A DNA stretch of 40,966 nucleotides, from positions 1 to 40,966 of the forward strand of contig DAOWOP010000002.1 in NCBI GenBank assembly GCA_030642005.1, written 5' to 3'. Numbering within the stretch: the first letter of the stretch is position 1; every line of letters begins with the position of its first letter. Made by a program: the position numbers and the translations under genes. The notes beneath the pieces were generated by a model, which was given only the letters and a program-made list of their open reading frames with translations, did not search any database and was not told the DNA's origin. Source of the DNA: Planctomycetales bacterium. GTDB taxonomy: Bacteria > Planctomycetota > Phycisphaerae > SM23-33. This document shows positions 8,118 through 16,170 of the stretch, one piece after another.

Positions 8118-9347
8118 ATGCAAGCCGTCATTATCGCTATCGGAGATGAACTCATCGGCGGGGCAAGCGTCGATACCAACAGCGCGTACCTTTCGGCCCA
8201 CCTGGCCGAGCGCGGGATCGTCGCGGTGCGTCACGTAACCGTCGGCGACGATGCCGGGCGGATTACCGAGGCCATCACCCGCGCCGCCGAAGAGGCTGAA
8301 CTGGTCGTCATCACCGGCGGGCTTGGCCCGACGCGAGACGACCTGACCCGCCAGGCACTTGCGGACGCTATGGGCGTCGAACTTCTCGAGGACGCCCGTT
8401 CAGCCGAACGCATCGCCGCATTCTTCGCCCGGATAGGGCGCACGATGAAACCCTCCAACCTCACTCAGGCGATGATTCCCGCCGGAGCCGAAGTGCTGGA
8501 CAACGACTGCGGCACCGCTCCAGGCATCGCCGCTCGCCTTGGCCAAGCCGACGTGTTCGCCCTGCCGGGACCGCCGAACGAAATGACCGAGATGTTCGAG
8601 CGGCAGGTCGCGCCCCGCCTGCCCGACGCCGGGGCGTCCGCACGAAGGATTCTACATGCCTTCGGTACCGGCGAATCGGACATCGGCGAAAAAATTGCCG
8701 ACCTGATGGCACGCGACGCCAATCCGAAAGTCGGCACAACAGCAAAGGGCGGGATCATCTCCATACGAATCGTCGCCGACGGCGAAACTACCGGCCAGGC
8801 CGAAAGACTCGCCGAAAAAACCGCCGACGAAATCCGCCGCCGGCTGGGCGAACTTATCTTCGGCGCCGGCGACCAGACGCTGCCGTCGGTTGTCGGCAAG
8901 GCCCTCAAAGCCGGCGGCCTGACGCTGGCAACGGCTGAATCGTGCACCGGCGGAATGATAGGCCGGATGATGACCGAAACGCCCGGCGCAAGCGAATATT
9001 TCCTCGGCGGCCTCGTCGCCTACGCCAATTCCGCGAAGACGGCGATGCTGAACGTCCCAGCCGAGACGATCGAAACCCACGGTGCCGTCAGCGAGCGGTC
9101 AGCCGATGCGATGGCCCGCGGCGCGAGAGAGAAATTCGGCTCGGATTTCGCCCTGGGCGTTACCGGAATCGCCGGGCCGACCGGCGGCTCGGACGAAAAA
9201 CCTGTCGGGCTGGTCTATATCGCCCTGACCGGCGCCGGCGGGACAAAGGTCCATCGTCACATCTTCGGCGGCGATCGTAACATCGTCCGCCGACGCGCCG
9301 CACTGGCCGCCATAAACCACCTGCGACTGGCGCTGACTCATAAGTAA
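8118..9347 (+). CDS. cinA: CinA family protein (MoCF-binding domain + nicotinamide-nucleotide amidohydrolase PncC domain)
   Basis: N-terminus MQAVIIAIGDELIGG...VITGGLGPTRDDLT (MoCF_BD) and C-terminus LATAESCTGGMIG...GVTGIAGPTGG (CinA/PncC). Confidence 0.9.
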   Translation: MQAVIIAIGDELIGGASVDTNSAYLSAHLAERGIVAVRHVTVGDDAGRITEAITRAAEEAELVVITGGLGPTRDDLTRQALADAMGVELLEDARSAERIAAFFARIGRTMKPSNLTQAMIPAGAEVLDNDCGTAPGIAARLGQADVFALPGPPNEMTEMFERQVAPRLPDAGASARRILHAFGTGESDIGEKIADLMARDANPKVGTTAKGGIISIRIVADGETTGQAERLAEKTADEIRRRLGELIFGAGDQTLPSVVGKALKAGGLTLATAESCTGGMIGRMMTETPGASEYFLGGLVAYANSAKTAMLNVPAETIETHGAVSERSADAMARGAREKFGSDFALGVTGIAGPTGGSDEKPVGLVYIALTGAGGTKVHRHIFGGDRNIVRRRAALAAINHLRLALTHK

Positions 9348-9360
9348 GAAGGGAAAAATG

Positions 9361-9401
9361 CCACAGCCCACGGAGAAGGAGAGGCATTCCGTGGGCTGTG
9401 G
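9361..9401 (-). terminator. intrinsic terminator between convergent genes
   Basis: Perfect 13-bp stem, CCACAGCCCACGG (9361-9373) with CCGTGGGCTGTGG (9389-9401). On the minus strand it is followed by CATTTTTCCC. Confidence 0.65.
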
Positions 9402-9430
9402 GTACATATACCGATTGCCGATTGCCAAAA

Positions 9431-10384
9431 TTAACGTCGCTTCCGGCGGAGCAGAACACCCAGGCCGCCAAGGCCCAGCAATGCCATCGTCGCCGGCTCG
9501 GGAACAGTTACGTCGCCCCATGTTTCCCCTGCTCGCACTTCGTCAACATAGACGTCCAGGTCTCTTCCGCCGTCGGTGGCCTCGTTATGGATATGCGTTT
9601 TAAAATACATCAAGTACCCGCCGTCATCGGAGAGCGCATCGCCGGTGTCCTCAAGGTCAGCCGAAGCAGGTTCGCCCAGACTCAGATCGGGGTTAATGTA
9701 GAGGTACGCCTCGTCCGAGTCGTAGCCTGTCGATCCGAGTACCAGTTTCAGGACAAACAGCATAGTCGAGCCACCGGCGTATGACGCCGTTGTGGTTGCT
9801 TTCGTTCCCTCTTGTGTCTGGAGCCAGACCTTAGCCTCGTCGCTGCCGACGCCATAGCCACCCTCAAGACCAATTTTGGTTTCCTTACCGGACGAGTGGG
9901 TATCGATCGTAAAGTCGATAGTTTCCTTATACGCAGCTCCTTCGATCAAGTCGTTGAAGTTGACCAGGTAACTGGTGTAAAGGGTGGTCTTCAGATCTCT
10001 TGTTTCGGTCTTGCGACTCGCACCATGTATCTTGCCGGCAACGCCGGATGCCTTGTCTGCATGATACCTTATGGCTCCGCCGCTGCTGTCCAGCCCGGTG
10101 TAGCTCAGGCCCGTACCACCGACAATATACTTGCCCACCGAGGGCGTGGCTTGATGATCGGACGTAGCCCATACGTAGTCGGCCTTCCAGCCGGTCGGTG
10201 CGGCATCCTCGCCTTTGAGATAGCCGTAGCCGTCGACGCCGCAATCAACGCTGGTGTCGTACTCTTCCGCGCCCGGGGTGTCACTTGCAAGGAAGTGATC
10301 CTCGTTCGTCATGACCGCGAAAGCGGAACTGCCCAAAGTCAGCGTCACCACCATTGCCGCAACTGTCCAATTCCTGTTTCTCAT
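9431..10384 (-). CDS. PEP-CTERM sorting domain-containing secreted protein
   Basis: C-terminus VPEPATMALLGLGGLGVLLRRKRR. Internal ATG 10384 with GGAGG 7 nt upstream gives the signal peptide MRNRNWTVAAMVVTLTLGSSAFA. Confidence 0.8.
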   Translation of the reverse strand: MRNRNWTVAAMVVTLTLGSSAFAVMTNEDHFLASDTPGAEEYDTSVDCGVDGYGYLKGEDAAPTGWKADYVWATSDHQATPSVGKYIVGGTGLSYTGLDSSGGAIRYHADKASGVAGKIHGASRKTETRDLKTTLYTSYLVNFNDLIEGAAYKETIDFTIDTHSSGKETKIGLEGGYGVGSDEAKVWLQTQEGTKATTTASYAGGSTMLFVLKLVLGSTGYDSDEAYLYINPDLSLGEPASADLEDTGDALSDDGGYLMYFKTHIHNEATDGGRDLDVYVDEVRAGETWGDVTVPEPATMALLGLGGLGVLLRRKRR

Positions 10385-10425
10385 CGTTCTGACCTCCATT
10401 TTAGGTCCCTCTCTGACATGTCGGC

Positions 10426-10438
10426 CATCACAGTGATG
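10426..10438. promoter_or_regulatory. perfect 6-1-6 palindrome CATCAC-A-GTGATG in a divergent promoter region
   Basis: Read directly. It lies 42-54 nt upstream of the PEP-CTERM gene ATG, between that gene and the divergent XylR/AraC-type regulator gene. Confidence 0.3.
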
Positions 10439-10547
10439 TCCGATCTCTCTATAAATTATATCGGCAATCCTGTTTTCGTCAAGGCGCATATTGCGTATAA
10501 ATTTTCCCTTTATTGCGTCATCGCCTTTTTTTTGTGGTATAATAATA

Positions 10548-11738
10548 ATGATGAGCAAGACCGGAAGGGACAAAGGGTTATCAGGTCATTCAGCATCTGA
10601 TCGCAGTCGGCGAGTGGCGGTATTTCTGCATTGGGATTCTGCCGAGGCTCGGGCCATGCGTCTGGGGATCGCCCGGTACGCCGCCGCCCACGGGCTGTGG
10701 ACATTCTTTTCACGGGACGAGGAAGCCTTTGAGCCATTGCGGAAACTGGAAAAGTGGGACGGCGACGGGATCATAGCATCAATCCATAACGAGGACTTTG
10801 CCGGGAAGATTCGTGCTTCGGGCGCAACAGCGGTGAATGTTTCGGCTGCGCCGGGTTTCCCCATTGTTACAAAGGACGATACGGCGGCCGGTCGGCTGGC
10901 GGCTGATCACCTGATAAAACAGGGGCATCAACATTTCGGGTACGTTGGCATAAAGGGTATATACACCCGTCGGCAACGGGATGGATTTATCAGGACGATT
11001 CAACAGGCCGGGCTGGGCGAGGCTGTTTATGAACCTGCGCCGCTCGATCGGATGCCTGTAAGGTGGAAAACCGCTCAGAAGTTGCTGGTCCGCTGGCTGC
11101 GGTCGCTGCCTAAACCGATCGGCTTGACGGCCTGCGATAACTACCGCGGCCGGCAGGTCATTGAGGCCGCCCGAGCCTGCGGAGTCCTTATACCGGACGA
11201 GGTGGCGGTAATCGGCGTCAGCAACGATGAGATGATGTGCGAGTTCTGCAACCCGCCGCTTTCGAGTATTTCGCTCCAGGGCGAGCGGATCGGTTATGAG
11301 GCCGCGAGGCTGCTGGATCATTTAATGAACGGCGGGACGCCGCCGGAAAAGCCCATCCTCATCCCGCCCGGCGAGGTGGTGGTGAGGCGGTCGTCGGACA
11401 TGCTGGCTATCGCCGATGCCGACCTGGCCGCCGCGGTGCGATTTATCCGCGAGCACGGAAACAAGGCGATCGGCGTAGCCGACGTCCTGAACGAAGTGCC
11501 GATCTCCCGGCGCAGCCTGGAGCGGCGATTCGGCGCAATCGTCGGGCACAGCCCCTGGCGGGAAATCCGCCTCGCACAGATCGCCCACGTAAAAAAACTC
11601 CTTATCGAAACCGATATGTCCATGCCAAAGGTCGCCGCGGCATCGGCCTTTTACGATGCCAAGCGCCTCTCCACTATCTTCAAGGAAGAGACCGGCGTAA
11701 CGCCGACGGCCTACCGCCGACAGTTCCGAACCGTCTGA
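10548..11738 (+). CDS. XylR-like transcriptional regulator (periplasmic-binding-protein-like sugar-binding domain + AraC-type HTH)
   Basis: The N-terminal two thirds resemble a LacI/PBP-type ligand domain (RVAVFLHWDSAEARAMRLGIARYAA...). The C-terminus is an AraC HTH (VADVLNEVPISRRSLERRF...TGVTPTAYRRQF). ATG 10548 or 10551. Confidence 0.85.
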   Translation: MMSKTGRDKGLSGHSASDRSRRVAVFLHWDSAEARAMRLGIARYAAAHGLWTFFSRDEEAFEPLRKLEKWDGDGIIASIHNEDFAGKIRASGATAVNVSAAPGFPIVTKDDTAAGRLAADHLIKQGHQHFGYVGIKGIYTRRQRDGFIRTIQQAGLGEAVYEPAPLDRMPVRWKTAQKLLVRWLRSLPKPIGLTACDNYRGRQVIEAARACGVLIPDEVAVIGVSNDEMMCEFCNPPLSSISLQGERIGYEAARLLDHLMNGGTPPEKPILIPPGEVVVRRSSDMLAIADADLAAAVRFIREHGNKAIGVADVLNEVPISRRSLERRFGAIVGHSPWREIRLAQIAHVKKLLIETDMSMPKVAAASAFYDAKRLSTIFKEETGVTPTAYRRQFRTV

Positions 11739-11752
11739 CCGGCAAAAAAGAA

Positions 11753-11867
11753 TTAGCAGGGATGCAGGGGATACAGGGGATAGGAAATGAATTTAAAAGA
11801 GGAAAAAATATCTGTTGGAATTTTGAAAAATAAGTTTTATCCCGTGCATCCCTTGCATCCCTGCTAA
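11753..11867. repeat. family-1 hairpin element, copy B
   Basis: Left arm TTAGCAGGGATGCAGGGGATACAGGGGATA at 11753-11782. Right arm 11838-11867 is the reverse complement of TTAGCAGGGATGCAAGGGATGCACGGGATA. The loop is 55 nt and AT-rich. Confidence 0.9.
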
Positions 11868-11901
11868 TTCTTTCCCCCGCCGCGTTTTCAAAACTTTCTT
11901 C

Positions 11902-11929
11902 TTGACATGTGTTGCACGCGCTGTACACT
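11902..11929 (+). promoter_or_regulatory. promoter P1 (TTGACA - 16 nt - TACACT) upstream of the DtxR-FeoA gene
   Basis: TTGACA at 11902-11907 and TACACT at 11924-11929. AAAACTTTC at 11890-11898 and GAACTTTC at 11942-11949 flank it. Paralogous to P2 at 15562-15589. Confidence 0.55.
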
Positions 11930-11974
11930 GTTTGAGTAGATGAACTTTCGCGGGTTTTACCGGGATTACGCTTG

Positions 11975-12685
11975 ATGGCAAAGCAGGAGCGAAAACTTAC
12001 CCGTCGGCTTGAGGATTACCTCGAAGCCGTGCTCGTTCTCGTCCGCCGAAACGGCGTTGCGCGTGTCAGCGAGATTGCCGCGGCGACCAACGTCAGCAAA
12101 TCGTCGGTAACGGCCGCACTTAAACACCTTGCCGGCAACGGGCTGGTCAATCACGACCCGTATCAGTTCGTAACGCTCACGCCCCACGGGACGGAACTGG
12201 CACAAAAGGTGCTCGATAAGCACAATCTGCTGATGTCGTTCCTGACCGACGTCATGAACATCGACCCAACCGCCGCAGAAGAAAACGCCTGCCGGATGGA
12301 GCACGTCGTCGATGATATTGTGCTGGAGCGGATGGAGATGTTGGCGACGTTCATTCAGGAATGTCCGCTGGGCGGGAAAGATTGGATGGAAAAGTTTTCA
12401 AACTATTGCCGGCAACATCCATCGGAAACATCGGAGCAATCAACCTTGAACACGACAATGGACAAGATGAAACCTGGGCAAAAAGGCAAAATTGTAAGGG
12501 TTGGCGGTAGCATCGGAGCGGCGCGTCGCCGGCTTATGGACATGGGTGTTACTCCCGGCACGCCGTTCGAGGTCGAGCGCGTCGCGCCGCTGGGCGACCC
12601 GATCGAGATACGAATTCGAAAATACCACCTGACGCTGCGTAAGGCCGAGGCCGCCGGTATCACCGTGGAACCGATGGAAGAATGA
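11975..12685 (+). CDS. DtxR/MntR-family metal-dependent transcriptional regulator with a C-terminal FeoA (SH3-like) domain
   Basis: N-terminal winged helix (LEDYLEAVLVLVRRNGVARVSEIAAATNVSKSSVTAALKHL), a dimerisation/metal-binding domain, and a C-terminal FeoA-like segment (MKPGQKGKIVRV...GVTPGTPFEVERVAPLGDPIEIRI). ATG 11975; a TTG lies at 11972. Confidence 0.85.
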   Translation: MAKQERKLTRRLEDYLEAVLVLVRRNGVARVSEIAAATNVSKSSVTAALKHLAGNGLVNHDPYQFVTLTPHGTELAQKVLDKHNLLMSFLTDVMNIDPTAAEENACRMEHVVDDIVLERMEMLATFIQECPLGGKDWMEKFSNYCRQHPSETSEQSTLNTTMDKMKPGQKGKIVRVGGSIGAARRRLMDMGVTPGTPFEVERVAPLGDPIEIRIRKYHLTLRKAEAAGITVEPMEE

Positions 12686-12936
12686 ACGACGCAAACGTCA
12701 ACCCGCTCCCGCCGATGCCGCTCACGATGGCGCTGGTGGGTCAGAGAGTTACCTTCGCGGGCGTGCGCAACGCCGGAAGAGGCCTGACGCACCGCCTGGC
12801 CGAGATGGGCCTGACGCCGGGTGAGAACCTGGAGATTCTAAATCGCGGATCCGGGCCGTTCATCGTCTCGATAAAGGGAAGCAGATTCGTCCTGGGCAGA
12901 GGAATGGTGCATCGAATACTCGTCAGACCAGGATAG
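12682..12936 (+). CDS. feoA: ferrous iron transport protein A
   Basis: 84 aa with the FeoA pattern (LTHRLAEMGLTPGENLEILNRGSGPFIVSIKGSRFVLGRGMVHRILV). The ATGA overlap with the upstream gene suggests translational coupling. Confidence 0.8.
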   Translation: MNDANVNPLPPMPLTMALVGQRVTFAGVRNAGRGLTHRLAEMGLTPGENLEILNRGSGPFIVSIKGSRFVLGRGMVHRILVRPG

Positions 12937-12946
12937 TAGTCAGTAG

Positions 12947-13106
12947 AAAAATCCGAATATCGAATGTCGAAATCCGAAACAATATCGAAATACAAATGAC
13001 TAAAATCCGAAACACAAAAAAACAGACATTCGTTTCTGTAATCTGTGTTTTGAACATTAGAAAATTCGGATTTTGAATTTGTTTCGGATTTCGATATTCG
13101 GATTTT
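12947..13106. repeat. family-2 AT-rich long hairpin element, copy 2 (inside the feoA-feoB gap)
   Basis: Left arm 12947-13025 and right arm 13043-13106 are imperfect inverted copies of about 65-80 nt. The unit structure is AATCCGAA / TATCGAA / TGTCGAA / ATCCGAAA. Confidence 0.85.
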
Positions 13107-13136
13107 ACTATCGACTCCTGTTGCAGGATATAAACC

Positions 13137-15323
13137 ATGACAGACAAGCATTTTACAATAGCCCTGGCCGGTAATCCCAACTCCGGCAAGACGACGGTCT
13201 TCAACGCCATAACCGGCGCACGCCAGCACGTGGGAAACTACCCCGGCGTAACGGTGGAGAAGAAGGCCGGCGCCGCCACCCACGGCGACGTCCGTCTGGA
13301 GGTGGTCGATCTGCCCGGCACGTACAGCCTGACGGCCTACAGCATCGAAGAAGTCGTCGCCCGAAACTTCCTGCTGAATGACAAACCCGACGTCGTCGTC
13401 GATATAGTGGATTCATCCAACCTCGAGCGCAACCTGTACCTGGCGACGCAGTTGATGGAACTGGGCGTGCCTCTGGTGTTGGCGTTCAATATGTCCGACG
13501 TAGCCGAAGGCAGGGGGTATAACATCGACGATGATAAACTGGCCGAACTGCTGGGCGTGCCGATAGTCAAGACGGTCGGACACAAGGGCAAGGGAATCAC
13601 CGAACTTCTCGATGCAGCCCTGGCTGTCGCCCGGGACGGCCAGGCCGTCGCATCACAGCGACACCCCAACTATGGCAGCGAAATCGAACCGCACCTAAAA
13701 CAACTGACAGGCCTGGTCGCCGAAAAATGCGACAAGCATCGCCCGCGATGGTTCGCCATAAAACTGCTGGAAAATGACGCCGAAACAATCAAGCGTCTCC
13801 GGCAAGCGTGCCCGCAGCACATCGAGGAATTGCTGGCCGAGGCCGAACGCCTGCGGCGCCACATCGAGAGCATCTGCGGCGATGCAGCCGAGATAATCCT
13901 CGCCGACCGGCGATACGGGTTCATCTCCGGCGCATGCACCGAAGCCGTTACCCAATCCGTCGAAGTCCGCCACGAACGGTCCGACAAAATCGACTCGGTA
14001 ATGACCAACCGCTATCTGGGCCTGCCGATATTCGCGCTGCTGATGTTCCTGGTCTTTCAGTTGACCTTTTTCATGGGCAATCCGCTGGTGGACCTGCTCG
14101 ATAGCGGAAAGGGTCTCCTGGCTGAAGCCGTTGGCGGACTGTGGGGCGAGTCGGGCGCCGACAGCGTTCTGCGAAGCCTGCTGGTCGATGGGATAATCGA
14201 AGGCGTCGGGGCCGTTATGGTCTTCACGCCACTGATAATGCTGCTTTTCCTGGCGATTGCGTTCCTTGAAGACTCCGGCTACATGGCCCGCGCAGCCTTC
14301 GTTATCGACCGCCTGATGCACAAGATAGGTCTGCACGGAAAGAGTTTCATCCCGATGCTCATCGGCTTCGGCTGCACCGTTCCGGGTATCATGGCCACGC
14401 GAACGCTGGAAACCCGCCGCGACCGCCTGACTACCATCCTCGTGCTGCCGCTGATGAGTTGCGGGGCGAGATTGCCGATTTATGTGCTCATTCTCGGTGC
14501 GTTCTTTCCCGTAAACACGGTCTTGCGGCTCTTTGGAATACTCCCCGTAACCAATCATGCGCTATGGCTGTTTCTTATCTACATTATAGGCATTGCCCTG
14601 GCGATTATCTGTGCGAAGATTTTCCGGGCAACTCTCCTCAAGGGCGAAGCCACGCCGTTCGTAATGGAACTACCCCCCTACCGCATGCCGACGCTCAAGG
14701 GCCTGGCGATCCATATGTGGGAGCGGACCTGGCTTTACATCAAAAAGGCCGGGACGATCATCCTTGCTATCGTCGTGGTTCTCTGGGCGCTTGCGTATTG
14801 GCCGAAACTGGGTGAAGAAAAACTGGTCGTCTTCGAACAGCGGCGCGCCGCCGTACAGGCCGACGCCCATCCCGACAAAGAGCAAACCGCCGAACTGCTC
14901 GCCGAAATCGACGCAGCCGAGCATGAAGCCAAACTGGAACATTCAGCAATAGGTCGGGCAGGAAAGACCATCGCACCGGTGTTCAAGCCCTGCGGATTCG
15001 ACTGGAAAATTTCCACCGCCACGATTGGAGCGTTCGCAGCCAAGGAAGTATTCGTCGGACAGATGGGCGTGCTCTATTCGGTCGGCGACGACGTTGACGA
15101 AGAATCCGTGGATCTCCGCGAAAAACTCGCCGCCAAGTACACGCCGCTGATGGGATTCTGCATCATGCTGTTCAGCCTGATAAGTATGCCGTGCATGGTA
15201 ACCGTCGCTGTTACGGTGCGCGAAGCCGGGTGGCGGTGGGCGCTGCTACAGGTAACCTACCTGACCGCCCTGGCGTGGGTGCTGACGACGATTGTCTATC
15301 AGGTCGGATCACGACTGATATAA
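13137..15323 (+). CDS. feoB: ferrous iron transporter B
   Basis: N-terminal G-domain (IALAGNPNSGKTTVFNAITG, DLPGTYSL, NMSD) followed by a polytopic membrane domain; 728 aa. AGGA lies 8 nt upstream of the ATG. Confidence 0.95.
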   Translation: MTDKHFTIALAGNPNSGKTTVFNAITGARQHVGNYPGVTVEKKAGAATHGDVRLEVVDLPGTYSLTAYSIEEVVARNFLLNDKPDVVVDIVDSSNLERNLYLATQLMELGVPLVLAFNMSDVAEGRGYNIDDDKLAELLGVPIVKTVGHKGKGITELLDAALAVARDGQAVASQRHPNYGSEIEPHLKQLTGLVAEKCDKHRPRWFAIKLLENDAETIKRLRQACPQHIEELLAEAERLRRHIESICGDAAEIILADRRYGFISGACTEAVTQSVEVRHERSDKIDSVMTNRYLGLPIFALLMFLVFQLTFFMGNPLVDLLDSGKGLLAEAVGGLWGESGADSVLRSLLVDGIIEGVGAVMVFTPLIMLLFLAIAFLEDSGYMARAAFVIDRLMHKIGLHGKSFIPMLIGFGCTVPGIMATRTLETRRDRLTTILVLPLMSCGARLPIYVLILGAFFPVNTVLRLFGILPVTNHALWLFLIYIIGIALAIICAKIFRATLLKGEATPFVMELPPYRMPTLKGLAIHMWERTWLYIKKAGTIILAIVVVLWALAYWPKLGEEKLVVFEQRRAAVQADAHPDKEQTAELLAEIDAAEHEAKLEHSAIGRAGKTIAPVFKPCGFDWKISTATIGAFAAKEVFVGQMGVLYSVGDDVDEESVDLREKLAAKYTPLMGFCIMLFSLISMPCMVTVAVTVREAGWRWALLQVTYLTALAWVLTTIVYQVGSRLI

Positions 15324-15335
15324 GGTCAAACGAAC

Positions 15336-15497
15336 ATGTGGGAATGGGAATACGTGATAGTGGGCGTTGTTGTATTCGCAGCAGTTGCCGGTGCGGCATA
15401 TTCGCTCTACCGCAGCCTCACCGGCAAGACAAAAGGCCCCTGCGGACACTGCCCCATGAAAAATAATTGCAATTCAAACAAAGCGGACGCAACATAA
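15336..15497 (+). CDS. FeoB-associated Cys-rich membrane peptide (53 aa, below the ORF-track length cutoff)
   Basis: My own translation: MWEWEYVIVGVVVFAAVAGAAYSLYRSLTGKTKGPCGHCPMKNNCNSNKADAT. One TM helix plus a CxxC...C tail, starting 12 nt after the feoB stop. This is the typical architecture and position for the family. Confidence 0.6.
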   Translation: MWEWEYVIVGVVVFAAVAGAAYSLYRSLTGKTKGPCGHCPMKNNCNSNKADAT

Positions 15498-15561
15498 CAG
15501 CCTGATATAAAACAAGTTAGACTCGCTCGCAAAAATCCTGATAAAAAAACCAATTTTCTGC

Positions 15562-15589
15562 TTGACGAAAGTTTCTGTTTATGTACAAT
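15562..15589 (+). promoter_or_regulatory. promoter P2 (TTGACG - 16 nt - TACAAT) upstream of the 82-aa ORF and hemP
   Basis: TTGACG at 15562-15567 and TACAAT at 15584-15589. GAAAGTTTC at 15567-15575 lies in the spacer and GAAACTTTC at 15601-15609 lies downstream. Confidence 0.6.
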
Positions 15590-15632
15590 GTTAGATAGGT
15601 GAAACTTTCCAGCGTATAAGAGATTTTCAATC

Positions 15633-15881
15633 ATGGCCAAAGCGGCGTTCTTTGCTGAAGAATTGACGGTTACGGACAAGGGCGAGTTCCTTGTCATCGA
15701 AGGCGTTCGGCGTTGTCCGCATGGCCATGCCGTCGAGCAGGTGTTTATCACAGTGCCGAAAAAACTGGGGCACCTGTTCACAGAAATTCGCCGCGACGAG
15801 GAGTCCTCCGAAGCCGGGAGTCCCCAACCTCCCTCGCCCGTTGTGGCTGAACGATTGCGGAAATATTTTGGGAACAATTAA
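15633..15881 (+). CDS. hypothetical protein (82 aa)
   Basis: ORF directly upstream of hemP with a 3-nt gap. No family recognised. Confidence 0.5.
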   Translation: MAKAAFFAEELTVTDKGEFLVIEGVRRCPHGHAVEQVFITVPKKLGHLFTEIRRDEESSEAGSPQPPSPVVAERLRKYFGNN

Positions 15882-15884
15882 CCG

Positions 15885-16076
15885 ATGACAGACCGGATAC
15901 AACATGAGTCCGAACGGAATGATGCCGGCCCGGATAACGGCAAGCCCGCCGGATTGCCATCCGTCATTGACTCACAATACCTCTTCGGCCAATGCCAAGA
16001 GGTGGCCATAAGCCACAAGGGACAGATGTATCGCCTGAGGATTACACGAAACGATAAGTTGATCCTGACCAAGTAA
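15885..16076 (+). CDS. hemP: hemin uptake protein HemP
   Basis: 63 aa with the HemP family C-terminal signature: VIDSQYLFGQCQEVAISHKGQMYRLRITRNDKLILTK. Confidence 0.75.
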   Translation: MTDRIQHESERNDAGPDNGKPAGLPSVIDSQYLFGQCQEVAISHKGQMYRLRITRNDKLILTK

Positions 16077-16122
16077 CACACAACCAGACTTACTCGCAAC
16101 CCAGCCAGCAATCAGCCAGCAA

Positions 16123-16170
16123 GGGAGCGTGTGGAACGCTTTTTCGCGTCCATCCGTTCTCTTTCGCGTT
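16123..16170 (+). terminator. degenerate copy of a repeated terminator module
   Basis: GGGAGCG...GGAACGC-TTTTTC-GCGTCC...CGTTCTC, followed by TTTCGCGTTT. The outer stem needs two G-U pairs. It is about 90% identical to 18711-18757. Confidence 0.45.

Noticed and set aside
13111-13139. A leaderless feoB mRNA, suggested by TATAAA a few nt upstream of the ATG.
   Set aside because: AGGA at 13125-13128, 8 nt upstream of the ATG, is a normal Shine-Dalgarno sequence, so a conventional leader is more likely.
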